A stretch of DNA of 62,386 nucleotides, counting the filler, from Gonapodya sp. JEL0774 (Eukaryota): NCBI GenBank assembly GCA_027604505.1. It is 4 parts of 4 records of this genome, joined end to end, with 100 filler letters (N's around TTAATTAATTAA, not from the genome) between each part and the next. Parts side by side here need not be neighbours in the genome. Positions count along the whole stretch, not along the records: positions 47,300 to 62,386 come from JADIIX010000300.1; 3 more parts are not named here. One strand, 5' to 3'. Each line of letters starts with the position of its first letter. Position 1 is the stretch's first letter. Positions 50,283 through 62,386 of the stretch are shown piece after piece. A model generated the notes under the pieces. That model saw only the letters and a program-made list of their open reading frames with translations, made no database searches and was not told where the DNA came from. Both the position numbers and the translations under genes were made by a program.

Positions 50283-51445
50283 CTAGAAGTCGTGCTTCTT
50301 GCGCTGGTGGACGAGCGCGTTGTCTTTCCTGGAGTGATGCGAAACACGGAGGAGACACCGTCGATCAGAGTGGAAACACGAGGTTCATCCACAGGACCCA
50401 AACGATCTGCTCACCGCGAAAATCTCAGCCCGCAGAATTCACATGCAAACGGTTTCACACCCGTATGGGTCCTTGCATGTCTCTCGACGTGCGCCGGCGT
50501 GGGGAACCTCCTTCCACATTCTGGCCACGCGCAGGCAAACCGCCACGTCGGCCGCTCCACGTGCTGGTCGAGGGGCAGTCGAGTAAAGTGGGCCGCGGTG
50601 TTGGATGGTCCGCTGTGGATAATTTGGATCTCGGGTACGGGACGTTCGGGGGTCACTGGAGGGGTGGAGAGGCCCGGTTGGTTGTTGGAATCCAGGGGCG
50701 GCGAGTGGGAATGCTCGTAAGGTGGGCTGGGGAAGTGCATACCATCACCGCTCGGAGTTCTGAATTTTGTGCGATGAAGGAATGGTCGAATGTGAATTAA
50801 CGGTAGTCAAACAATGTGCACAAACACCAGTTCAAACAAACATATCGCAACCCACCTCGACATCATTGACTGCTCATACTGCGGGGGAGATCCCATACTC
50901 GTACGAGTAGGGTACGGCCCACTCGCAGCTCTCGGGAGCGTGTGAGGTCGTTGAGGTATCGCATGCGGCCCGGGAGGCGATCGGGAGTGGGGTCCGCTCG
51001 AAGCGCGCCAGACGGGCGAATGCGGCTCATTCTGGTAATCGGATTGTGAAGAATACTCATACGTGATGTAGTTGGCTGGGGGTTGGTGGTACCAGGGGTT
51101 GGGTTGTGCTCCCTGAAGGTATTGGGGCCGCTCAGACTTCCAGGCGCCGTGCAGGTTCGAGTCGGGACTCTTCGAGAGCGGGAGATGATCCTGGTGCTGC
51201 TGATATGCATGATATTGAGCGTTCATAGACGGTAACGATGTGGTAGGGTGGAATGGGTCGTGTCGGGCAGGTGTTGTGTCCGGCGCTGAGAGGGGATCAA
51301 CCGAGGAAGCCCAAGCAGCGGCGACCGAGTCATCACCGGACGCATTCGAGAAGTCGAAGCGGTCTTCCTTTTGTCTATGGAACTCGCCGGCGTCTGCGAG
51401 GCCGAGGAGTCCCAGGGAGTGCAGCGACGGAAGAGGAAGGTTCAT
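50283..51445 (-). CDS. Two-finger C2H2 transcription factor, Nrg1-like (exons 51445-50856, 50759-50415, 50328-50283)
   Basis: [54 protein letters not shown] is joined by phase-compatible GT-AG introns. Confidence 0.88.
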
Positions 51446-52799
51446 AGGTTGGGGATGTACCTTTGCAGTCAGACGGCAGGTTGTGCGAAGGAATTCGGCG
51501 AAGACACTGAGCGTACGGGACGTCGGGGTTGCGTTGAAATAACGAGCTGATTTGATTGAAAGGCGAAAGAATCTCGGCGAGATTTCAGAACACCAGTTTG
51601 ATTGCGAGGAGGAGATTAGGGAGAAGGGGGGATGAGCCCTTATTATTGGAACAGGTCGGAGGTATTCGCGGAGCTGGAATGCCCGAGATCGCTTGCCTGC
51701 ATATTTTAATACATACAGCTTCGAACAAATACGAAACTAAAGCGGATATCGCTACCGCCTTCTCGTCGCACTGGGTGCGGTTCCACCAGCTTGAACCCAC
51801 AAGACCGAAAGTGATCAATGGTCATTTGTTTGTCGCACCACCAAATCATTGATCACCCTAGTTAGGAGCTCTCGGCCACTTATCGCTGTGACATTCTGCT
51901 TAGATCGCTTGATAGCCTGTTTGATTGTCCTCTCGGGATCGGCGCTCTTGAACTCGTTGAGTCGTGGCAGTGCCCTTCGTCGGTGTTGGCGATCCGCCAC
52001 GGTATCGTGAGCAAGGCCCAGACCCGGCACGCTATCATGACACTTGGCCCCAATAAAATCCAAAACTAAACCGATGCTTCATCGTTGCGGCTTTTCTCTT
52101 CTTGAACAGGGAAATTAGGAGCTTTTTTAGAATGCTAAAGATAACTTGGAGCTGGAGCCTTCCGTCCGCGGACCCAGAAGGTGCAAGGTATGTATATAAT
52201 ATGAAAGTATAATCTTCATTCGGTGGGAGAAAGAACACGAATCGAACGTAAATTTTTAGTCTCAATCGAGAAAAGTACTGTTTGGAGATTTGTTTCCGTG
52301 CGTTCCAACACGATCTGTATTGTGCGGTCAACCCCTCTCACTGAAAGTCTCCATAGCGTTGAACTCATTGACAGTGACGGCATGTCCGCCTCGAGATCGT
52401 GTGAGTATTATTGTAGGAGGACCTGAATTCATTTATCGTTGCGGCCTCATCGCAAGAACATCAAGTATTTGTTCACCTCTTCGGCCCTGGCATTTTATTA
52501 TCTTGAAGGTGAACCTCACACGGAAGACAACATGAAAACCTTGCTTGCTTCAGCTTGTCGATCCCAGCCGCCAGAGTCCGTCGAAATGACCCTGCTTTAG
52601 CGTTGTCACTCATGTGATATGGAACTGTGGTCGGATTTCGGAACGTCATCAAACGTCCGTGGCATTATGGCGGAGGAAACGTCGACGCGGTTCCATCCCA
52701 GTTGGCCACCTAGTACTCGCTTTGCGTTCTGAGAATTTCTGGGCTAGCGCAGTTGACTGGTCCAAAACGTGGTGATGTCATGACGGTTGTCTGAAAACT

Positions 52800-54270
52800 C
52801 ACAGAGATCCAGCCGACAATGAAAGTCTAGTTACTAATTCCTTGCATCTCAGCACCAGTGATTTAGTTTGACAAGGTTTGAGTTTGGTGTTCCACCCTCT
52901 CGCTTGATGTGAGAGATCCTCGATACGCAAGGTGTGAATCTCCAAAAAGATGGAGATAAGCGAGAACCAAAACTGAGCAATAGATTTCCGGATATTACGG
53001 ATGACTGAGAATCAAGGATAGCTTTGCGAGTCAATGGATCACTTGCGCCGCTGCATCTTGATATGCATTCACAAAGTTCTCATCATGGCCGATGACTAAT
53101 GACTAACTTGCTGATTATGTAGTTGTTTGGCAGGAAAGTTTTATGCGGAGCACCAACTTAGGCCGGAGTTTATTTCTGATTTGCCGCGAACAATTGATGT
53201 GAGAGCTTCTACAGGTCGATACGGTGCGTGAAAAACACTGGTCGAACGACGGAAATAGGCATGACACAGTACGGAGCGATTGCGCGTTCAGGTGAGTATG
53301 ATTAGGGAATGAAGGGTTACTTTTCGAGTGACTGGATCACTGACGCAGCGGGATGTTGAGCGGTGTTACGAATGTTATTATGGCGAAGTGCAGACATAGC
53401 CGCCAACGGCCAACGGCCAGCTCTGACTCTTGCCAAAAGAAACAAATATCAAAAGAAAAAAAAGAAACATGCTTAAACGTTGCGTGGTACTCGAGCGCGC
53501 AGGAGATCGCGGATTGTGTACTGTCAACAGCCACCATTTACCAAATCTGACGTTCAAAGAGGTCCACTACGTTCCTGGCAAGAAGAAGAAAACAAATCAA
53601 TACAAGAGATGTCACCCACCTGCAGCGATGTTACTTTCCACCCTTACTTTGTGTTGAATGACGTGAACGACTGAAATGACCGTCACCGCTCCGCCTACGC
53701 CTACTACTCTCCATGAAACTTCAAATTATGCGTGCAATTCATTGACTGGCCGGGCAGAAGTGTGGGTGATGTCACTTCTGTTGTCTTGAGCCTCCAGAGG
53801 ACCCTCTGATATATGCATAATCGAACGCCTGTAAACGGGAACAACAAAAGAACGACACACTTGCCGATTATTTGCATCCCAGCCTTTGTATACCTTGATG
53901 ACGTCTGCGACTGGAGTTTTACCCTCTCGATCCATGTGAGAGATCTACTGCGACAGGTGTGAAACTCCGAAAAGATGGAGTTAGACAGGAGCCAACACTG
54001 AGCAATCAATGTCCAGTAACGGACCATCAAAAAGGATAACGTTGCGAGTCACTGGGTCACTGGCGCTGTGGCACTTGTAACTGTGTTCCGAAGTTCTTAT
54101 TGCGAGGTGCAGGCATGGCCGCCAAACCGGCTAACCACCAGCTCTGGCATTGCAAAAAGACAAAATAACAAAAAAAAATACAATACTTGTTGCGTAGTGC
54201 ACGTGCAGCGTGTCCTTGATCGTGGGGTTGAGACTAAGTCGACAATGAAGATTCAAGGTCATCTAAATCT
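52800..54270 (+). repeat. Three diverged ~300-bp intergenic repeat units
   Basis: Recurring anchors atgtgagag (~52907, ~53196, ~53934) and cgagtcaatggatcact-like words (~53027, ~53325, ~54045). Confidence 0.7.
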
Positions 54271-54952
54271 CTTTCATCCCGCCAAAAACGACCACCTGCG
54301 CGCTTCTACGGAAACGAAGAAAATCAATCGATACAAGAACTTTCATCCCAGTTGCAGCCTCCTGACTTTCCTATATTCACGTCTTGGATGTTGTGAACGA
54401 CTCTGCGAGTTGAATGACGTAATATAACGTGGTGTTGCGTGAATCTGGACAACACACATTCAAAGCCATATTCATTCCATGATACCTATTTGCGTATGAC
54501 TCCGGTTGAGTTTTGCAGTTTCCCATGTATCGCTCTTTCGCTGTAAGTTGTGCAGAGCTGACCATCATTAGTTCAATTTGCGAAAAGAGAGCGCTGCAAA
54601 ATCTCGGTGCGACCAGCCGGAAATGTAATCCTGCAATGATATTCAAACAATCGCATCAAGCATGTTTGAGATTCATCAACCGATCATCAACAATCAATAA
54701 GTCTTTGTCTTCACTTGAGAAGCACGGTTGGTTCATCATGCTCATTGCAGGTTCGCACACTCGTTCCAAAAAGGGCGAAAACCATACATACCCCTGTCCA
54801 AGATTGATAGATGCTCATTGTTCTCGAGCATGGATTGTTCGGAAACTTTATGGGCTTCCATTCATTCGTTCCGGGTGCTCAGCCACAACCGCAACATTTT
54901 CCACCAGTCTCCACTTCCGAACCATTCTCAATTCAACCAACCCAACGCGATA

Positions 54953-57251
54953 ATGTCTGGCCATCTCGAAGGAATCCTCGCATCCGGAATCCCCACCGGT
55001 GTCCTCACCGGCGAGAACGTGAAGTGAGTGATGGAAAGTGGTGACGATGAACTTGGATAATATCTTGAATAAGACAGCAAGGAATCTGGCAGCGACGATG
55101 GCCGGACACTGGAACCCACGTCTCCGCAAAGATTAAAAGCGCTGCCTATGTGGTGTCCTCATTCTCTCGGGCAGATGTTGGTCGGTGATTGTGACTCACC
55201 TTGTCCGACTCTTTGCTCTCATCTCCCTTCAGAAAACTCGTGGCCTACGCTAAGAAGGCAAGTCAACTCCTTTCCATGACTGAATGCGCTTGCTGATGCC
55301 TCTTCTCTATCAATTTTGGGCTGTCTGTTCGTATTCCCCAATACTTGTCAAACATTGCCAAACAATCCGCCAACCCCGGCACCACCATGGCCACCTCAAA
55401 CTCCGTTTATACCGAATTTACGGGCTTTTATAGCACGGTTTTGCCATCCCGGCCTTCAACTGGTGAGTCCTTTCCCTGTGCAGCTTTCTTTAATCATTTA
55501 AACATTGTCTCCCGACCCTATCAATCCCCAATCACCAACACATTGAAATCCCTATCCCCAGCACCACCTCGTCCTCCGTTACTGCCGTTCTCGAAGCTGC
55601 CCGCGACAACAAGGCGCCCGTGATCATCCAATTCTCTCAAGGCGGTGCTGCATTCTATGCTGGGAAAGGACTGGCAAACGGAAAGCAAGAAGCTTCCATT
55701 CTCGGTGCTGTCTCCGGTGCCAAGTTTGTCAGGGAGGTCGCCAAGGCGTACGGCGTTCCAGTGCTCGGTGAGTGAGCTGTTGAAAGGCAAGCGTGTTTGG
55801 ATCTGGACGTGCCGACGTTGGGGGTCACCAAAATAAAATAGGACCCGAGCCACTCTGAGGTGCGAAGTGCTCAAGCTACGATTAGCGCGTTTGCAGCACA
55901 GATTGGTGGTGGTGGACCAACTATTCCTGCTTCTGTCGTGTTCACAGTGAAGTAGTTCGTGTCCAGGATTAGCTTGGAACGAATGCCTTGAGTTTGATAT
56001 TTCAGGCGCAATGGCGCACTATCGGCTGCCATCTGGAGCTGGGAGCCCTTGAATCATTTCCTGATCCTCCATCTCTCATCAACTGTGTCTCTGCCACGCA
56101 GTCCACTCCGACCACTGTGCGAAGAAACTTCTCCCCTGGTTTGATGGCATGCTCCTCGCTGACGAAGAGTACTACAAAACCCACGGGGAACCCTTGTTCT
56201 CCTCCCACATGCTCGACCTCTCGGAAGAGCCCAAACACGAAAACATCGAGCTTTGCGTCGGGTACTTGAAGCGTATGGCCAAGATTGGCATTTTGCTCGA
56301 GATGGAGATCGGAATCACCGGTGGAGAGGAAGACGGCGTGAACAACGAGGATGTGGACAACGCTGCGCTCTACACCCAACCCCAAGACATTTGGGACATT
56401 TACACCGCATTCTCAGAGGTTCGTTGTTGCTCCTACCCACCTTCTCGTGTGATTATCGCACATGAGCTCACAAGCAACTCATCACTTTCGCATCAATATC
56501 CTAATTCCGTGAACCCCACCTAAGGTCACTGACCTCTTCACCATCGCCGCCGCATTCGGAAACGTCCACGGTGTTTACAAACCTGGTAACGTCAAGCTGC
56601 ACCCCAACCTGCTTGGAAAGCACCAGGAGTTTGTCTCGCAAAAACTCGGTTTGCCCGCTGGCTCCAAGCCCGTCAACTTTGTATTCCACGGAGGCTCGGG
56701 AAGTACGGATGCGGAGATTAAGGAGGCAGTGAGCTACGGTGTGGTGAAGGTAGGCCATCAAACGGTGATTCTGGATGATGGGGACAGATGTTGACAACGC
56801 AACTCGGTCTACGGCACACCTCTACCACTTCAATTGTCATCCTACGGAAAATTGGATACAATCTTCTTAGATGAACATTGGTAAGACTCGCAATGCTTAC
56901 CTTGCACTCCGAATTCTTGATCGTTCAACCCATTCCTCGGAAATCTCTCTCAACAGACACCGACACCCAATGGGCTTACTGGGAGGGTATCAAAAACTTC
57001 TACGAGGGTAAGAAAGGGTACTTGCAGGGCCAGATTGGAAACCCCGAGGGCGAGGACAAGCGTGAGTAGATTGTTCCTTCGATTGCGACCCGACGGGTTA
57101 TGCATTGATGTTTGTCTGATGACCTTCTTGTGATCATACAGCCAACAAGAAATACTACGACCCCCGAGTTTGGATCCGTGAGGCAGAGAAGAGCATGGGG
57201 AAGCGTGTCGGACAGGCACTGAAAGAGCTCGGTTCTGCCGGAACTTTGTAA
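54953..57251 (+). CDS. FBA1: Fructose-bisphosphate aldolase class II (exons 54953-55023, 55233-55257, 55434-55462, 55562-55767, 56102-56418, 56525-56749, 56871-56880, 56957-57061, 57142-57251)
   Basis: Hallmark motifs GFAIPAFN, HSDHCAKKLLPWFDG, EMEIGITGGEEDGV, FGNVHGVYKPGNV, VFHGGSGS, KMNIDTDTQ and PNKKYYDPRVW are all in frame after splicing. Confidence 0.97.
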
Positions 57252-57674
57252 ATGGACTGCGAGATCACTGGGTATTTGCTTTTCGGGGTGGTATAGTAGT
57301 TGCAGCCTAGTTCTAGTTCTGTTCACGGTCAAATAATACTCGATTCGTGGATGCCCGAACGCTGATGATTCGTTCGTACGCCGCCTCAAATGCCAAATGG
57401 ATCTTTCTCGAACTGCCTTAAGGTGAACAACAGCCAGAACTGCCATCTCGTTTGTACCTCGAAGATTGCATACATATATCTTAGGTTGGAACTATCAATC
57501 CATACAACGCAATTCATTTGGAGCACAGTGCCTGCCGCGCTTCTCTCGGATCCTGACGGTATCATGTGAATCTGCCGTGACGGGTGCTGCAATCGACTTC
57601 ATCCTACACCTCACTTCGTTCTCACCCCACTCAATCTGAGTTTCCATGTGAGTACCTCACAACCTCCAAACGGG

Positions 57675-60468
57675 TTACCCGGCAGGAGGAATCGTCCTGG
57701 TCGGCTGCATGAGAATTGGACTTGCGACTGAATCCACACCACTCTCACTGCCCTCGTATCCGCTCACGGGACCGAGATCAATGAGATCACCGACGGAGAC
57801 GTTCACTCTGAGAGGGGGAGCGAAGTTGGCGTTCGCACCAGACGTGGCGGAGCTCCACGGATCGTTTCTGGAGGCTGCCACCATCGGGCTTCCGGGGGTA
57901 CCGTCAGAGCGAGCGTCCATTTCGGCGTAGATAGACCCTTCCTTTTCAGAGTTATCGTCTTCGCTAGGGGGAGTGAGCGGGCGTCGTACAAGAGGACGGG
58001 CATCCGGTTCCAATGCGGCTGCGTTGGATCGGGACCTCTTCAACTTTGTGGCACGACGGGTAGGGTCCAAACCCAAGGTAAAGTCCTTGATACCATTCTT
58101 GGCATGTCTTTGCGACAATTTCCTCCCAAAGGCACTTCTCATGCGCCTCTTATCATCCACGGCCCCGTTGGTATTCGGTGCTTCCAACACCCAGGTAGAG
58201 TCATCGAATTTCCGCACGAGATTTGGGTTCGATGCGCTCAACCCGTTCCCACTCGAGTTCCAGCTAGGCCACCAGGGCGGATCATGACCACGCTTTATTC
58301 TGTACCGCCGTCGAGCGTATGCCCCAGCACACATCAGTCCAAGCACCACGATGACAAGCGGAATGATTATAGCCGCAACAGTTGATCCTGCAAAACCCCC
58401 ACCGGAGATTCTTTCCCCGATCGGGTTGCTGACGGTGTTGCTAGCTGGAGAAGGTGATGCAGAACTTCCTGAGGAAGTAGATGGTGATGCTACAATGGGA
58501 TTTCCTACTGACGAGCCTGCAAAAAGCGGGTCACACGTTCACGTAGCTGAGCTTGATATAATCCCGAGAAAGGGAGCACAGAAGTACTCACCCGGACACG
58601 AAGCAAGTCCCGCAGTGTAGCACGCCGCGCTTCGAGTAGCGGACGCGACTGGAGTAGACAAACATAGACCAGAGGACTCAAGAGAGCAGTGGGTGACGTA
58701 TGGTGGGAGGATTTGGTCAACTTCGCGTGGCACGATCGGAAAGTCAACATCACGGTCTCAGTTCGCATGAAGTAGAGTGGACACGTACCTGGCTCGGAAG
58801 TAAAGGTGTTGTTGTTGAGGTAGCTAGAGGAGAGAGTGAACACGGTTGGCTTCAGCACTGTAAAAGGAAACAGTATCGGAGCTTACAGGCGTTTCAAATT
58901 GACAAGCATAGACATATCGGGTACGGTGCTCGTGAAGGAGTTATGATCGAGCAGTCTAAATGTGGTGTGTATAATTAGAAATAGTTGAAGTCAAACTTCA
59001 GGACGTACTCCAGGTTGTACTGAAGACTCACAAGCCTCGAAGTGAAGTCATGCTACTCAGAAACGAGGGAAGGGGACCGGAAATTGCGTTATTGGAGAGC
59101 CAGAGCTCGGAGAGATTCGCCATATTTTGAAAGGCGGTGGGGAAGCTGTCGCAATCGCCGGTGAGACCCAAAACGAATCGCAACCCTGCAAGTGTTGATC
59201 AATTTTGATACATACCTTCCAGTTGCTCCGTTGCCTGATAGATCCGCATACACTAATCCCCCAAGTCCTGCGAGATCGTGTGTCACGTTCTTCACACCAA
59301 TTTCCCGTAGCCAAAGCGTTGTGATACGAGGGTTGACTTTTTCTGTGAATGCAGTAGGAGACAGAACCAGAGACCAAAAATATCTTCAATACACCCCTTC
59401 AAGACCACTCTATCTAAGGAACATCGAAAACACTCACCCGATGAACAGCTGATTCTTCGGAAGAGACCACTGTACCATCCACAGCATCGTCCCAGCACCC
59501 ACGGAACGGTCAAGCCGTTGGTCGTAATGAATTTTTCCACATACGCACACTCGGCGGAGGCGACAAGCGCCGAGTCAAGGGGGATGGTGCATCTCGGGAG
59601 GACCGAATTGGGGAAGTTGGAGTCGGTCGCACAGGCGGGAGGAAGGGATTCTGGGGTATCAGTACAAACACCCGAAGGATATAAGGCGCAGGATGATGTG
59701 ACAGAGTAGCTGTGGGAGGGCATGTAAAGAAGATTGCTCCGAGTCATAGGGATGGCAGGAGTGTGATGAGCTCTCACGGTAGTTTCCCCGACACTGTTTG
59801 GTTTGTCCAAGCGTTTCCAGTGACATCGAGAGACTTCAGGTTCGTAAGTTTCGACAAATCTGGAAACGTTCCCGAGAATTGATTCTGCGAAAGTGACAGA
59901 GTTGCGAGAGTGGTCATCGAGGAAATCCAAGCGGGAACACTTGACGGATGGGAGGAACAAATATTATCAGGTGCAGAATGATGGTTTTAAAATATTACTC
60001 ACGTTCCAGATAACTGATTAGAGGGGACATTTCTGATAGAAATTGATTGAGGCGGGAGACGAATGGATGAGCGCATCGTCGCCCATATGATTCTGGGGGT
60101 AAACTCACAGTATCTGTAGGCTTGTCAGAGATGCTAAGGTGGGTAATTGCGTGAGTCCCCCACCACTCCATGTAAACTCAGTGACTCTGCCTGCCTCAGT
60201 ATCGAACAATCAGAGTTCACAGCTAACACTCAAAGTTTCCCCCTCAACCCAACATCTCACCGCTGGTGCTGTCACAGTTCACACGTCGTCCGTTCCCTGA
60301 ATCGTAATTGCAACAATGGCTCGCCGGTGTCCATGGGGTTTGGATGTTGTTGGCAGTGAGAACCGAGGTGAGAGTCTCACAATCTGCGGTGGACCTGAGA
60401 CGTCAAAAATGAGAAGACACATCCAGTGATTACTTCATAGCTTTAGTCGGGAACTCCACGTACGACAT
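57675..60468 (-). CDS. Multi-exon extracellular LRR single-pass membrane protein (receptor-like, no kinase); start uncertain (60468 or up to ~60700)
   Basis: Spliced translation: STADCETL...WTPASHCCNY...VNCDSTSGRVTEF...LNVPSNQLSGTVPAWISSMTTLATLSLSQNQFSGTFPDLSKLTNLKSLDV. A second module reads ...WVLGRCCGW...ISC...RITTLWL...LWLSNNAISGPLPSFLSSMTSLRGLLLDHNSFTSTVP. Then a Ser-rich stalk, TM VAAIIIPLVIVVLGLMCAGAYA and a cytoplasmic tail. Confidence 0.85.
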
Positions 60469-60893
60469 GCTCGAGTTCTCGAGTGTGGATGCGTGGTCTC
60501 AAAATCAAACAAGTATGAGTTCCCAGGAAGGGAACACGCTGCCCCAGAAACCTCACGCCAGTATCCCGATGGTGAAAGTCGAGATGTGGCTTCTGATTAC
60601 CGCGGGGCCGTGAGCTGACGGCTTCACGAAACGGTGATAAGAATGGTTGAGTTCCGTTGACTTTCTGCGCCACACCTGCCAAAAAGATCAGCCCCGACAT
60701 TATTTCCAAATGGGGATTCGATACAACAGGAAGATTCGATTACCACATAACATACTGATATGAACAAGTTAGGGCTTGTTACCATGGAACTTGAAAGCAA
60801 CACGTTGTGGGATGTGTGACACAATTATAAAACTCTTGGCAAAATAGACTTTCCTCACTCTCCGACCATCGATTGCGTCGATCGGGCTCATAT

Positions 60894-62385
60894 TCAAGGT
60901 TTCAAGATCCTATTTGCTTCTTCAACTGCTTCCGTAGAAAACCCCTTGGTCGGCAACTCTAGTTTCAACCCAGGCCTCGGAAGCGGAACCCTCGCCGAGT
61001 TAACGTGGGTAACATTCGACACTCGTCCACGAGATGACCGCGATTTGACAGCTGCACCCTTTGGCACATTCGAGGAGTCCACAACCTTCCTTTTGCCCGC
61101 ACGTTTCTCAGCGAGACGGGCCTCTGCCGTCGCATCACGTCCATCACTGGCGGCGACCGCTCCAGAACCGTGATACAGGACATTGCTCTCGGATGCATTG
61201 CGAGACAGACGACCGTGGATGGTGATTGAAAGACCGGCTTGCTCCCCAGAACTGGAACGACTGAGGCTCGCTGCCGGGGACTTGGTACCCACCATCGCCA
61301 CCCAACTGTCCTGTTCTATCGAGCTTCTCAACCGCCCGTCATCTGTGTACTCGACCGTTGGCTCCACATCGAGCACGCCGAGTTCATACTCCCGAGTGTC
61401 CATCGGATCGTCTGGCAGCTCCCACACCCTCCTTGCCGCCAAAGTCACGTTCTCGCATCCCAAAAAGCTCACTCTTCTCAACGCGGGAAACCCATATCCA
61501 GCTCCAGGTTGAGCGCTACGGGTGGTCGGTCCTGGTGTCCCGCCGTCCACGGGTAGGGACTGTACCCCGGTGCCGACGATGATCCTCCGTGCGATCCAAT
61601 CCTGGACCCACGCACAGCCACTGAGATCGAGAGTGTGCAGATGAGGTAGAGTGGAGAGGTACGTGAGCACGGACTGCGAGTCGATGTGGACGGACGTGAG
61701 GTATTCGGGCGGTCCAAAAGTGATCTGGGAAAGCGCCAAGGACAAGGATGGGTAGTAGTCTGCAGAACGATAGAAATCGGATCAGTATTGAACGATCCAC
61801 ATCTATAAAATAAAAAGAATGCGAGAAAATGCCTAACATAGACGACTCACCATCCGGCACAACCGCCGCCATTCCCTTGACCGAAACCACATTCACGTTC
61901 CTACAATAACAAGCCACAACAACGAGAGAGTGGGCCGTCACGACGATGCCCTGCGGCCCTAGAACGTTGGTTGAACTTCTCGATGTGGAAGCAGTGGACG
62001 TGCGACGGTCAGCAGTTGACGCGGAAGGGGGTGTCACGGCGGGCGCGGTGGAGGTGCTCGTTGTCGACGCGAAATTATCCATCGTTGGCGCAAACCAAGA
62101 CAGGACTGCGAGGGGGTGTGGAGTGCTGGACGAGTGTGGACTGTGGGCCGACGTGGTGGACGAAGGAGGTGCTGCTCCTTGTACATGCGATGCCGCGGTG
62201 GGCGCAGGCGTGACCGTGCTTCCCACCGACGGCGACGACGAGGACGATGATTCTATGTTAGGTGTGGAATTGGACCCCGAGGTCAATGTCCTTCCGAAAC
62301 CATTGGACCTCATAATCTCTCTCGCGCGCGCGATTCTTGCAAAAGCTGCACTGCGGTCTTCCGACGTCCGAACAAATGAGGCTGT
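60894..62385 (-). CDS. Cys-containing LRR protein (F-box/LRR-like), 5'-partial; intron 61760-61850
   Basis: LPHLHTLDLSGCAWV, FPALRRVSFLGCENVT and YCRNVNVVSVKG. The frame is open to the window edge. The F-box itself is not seen. Confidence 0.7.
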
Positions 62386-62386
62386 G

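Noticed and set aside
59292..59960. 222-aa ORF as a standalone gene
   Set aside because: It is a chimera of intron sequence, an out-of-frame exon and one true exon of the LRR gene.
1..62386. CRISPR arrays, rRNA or prokaryotic operons
   Set aside because: No regularly spaced repeat-spacer units or rRNA motifs were seen, and the genes are spliceosomal.

Overview
Eukaryotic, intron-rich fungal DNA. It is probably an early-diverging chytrid-like fungus; this is inferred from the short GT-AG introns, class II aldolase, extracellular plant-type LRR gene and ankyrin-SH3 paralogs, not proven. There are three 100-bp scaffold gaps padded with a TTAATTAATTAA linker. Left (1-7.5 kb): the 3' end of an RNA 3'-phosphate cyclase gene and three tandem single-pass membrane RING E3 ligase paralogs. 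7.9-15.9 kb: a CpG-depleted, largely pseudogenised island bracketed by a 5'-truncated tRNA-Lys(CTT) and an intact tRNA-Lys(CTT) in the same orientation; it holds a spliced orphan gene, a nested inverted-repeat pair and recurrent hairpins. 16-31.7 kb: a mosaic of direct and inverted repeats, orphan gene relics and a DIRS/Ngaro-like gag. 31.8-47 kb: a tandem segmental duplication carrying two ankyrin/coiled-coil/SH3 genes whose ankyrin loops are hypervariable. Right (47.3-62.4 kb): host genes for a Q/G/P-rich protein, an Nrg1-like C2H2 factor, a 9-exon FBA1, a multi-exon LRR receptor-like membrane protein missed by the ORF track, and a partial LRR (F-box-like) gene. All exon models were built by eye and no database searches were run.
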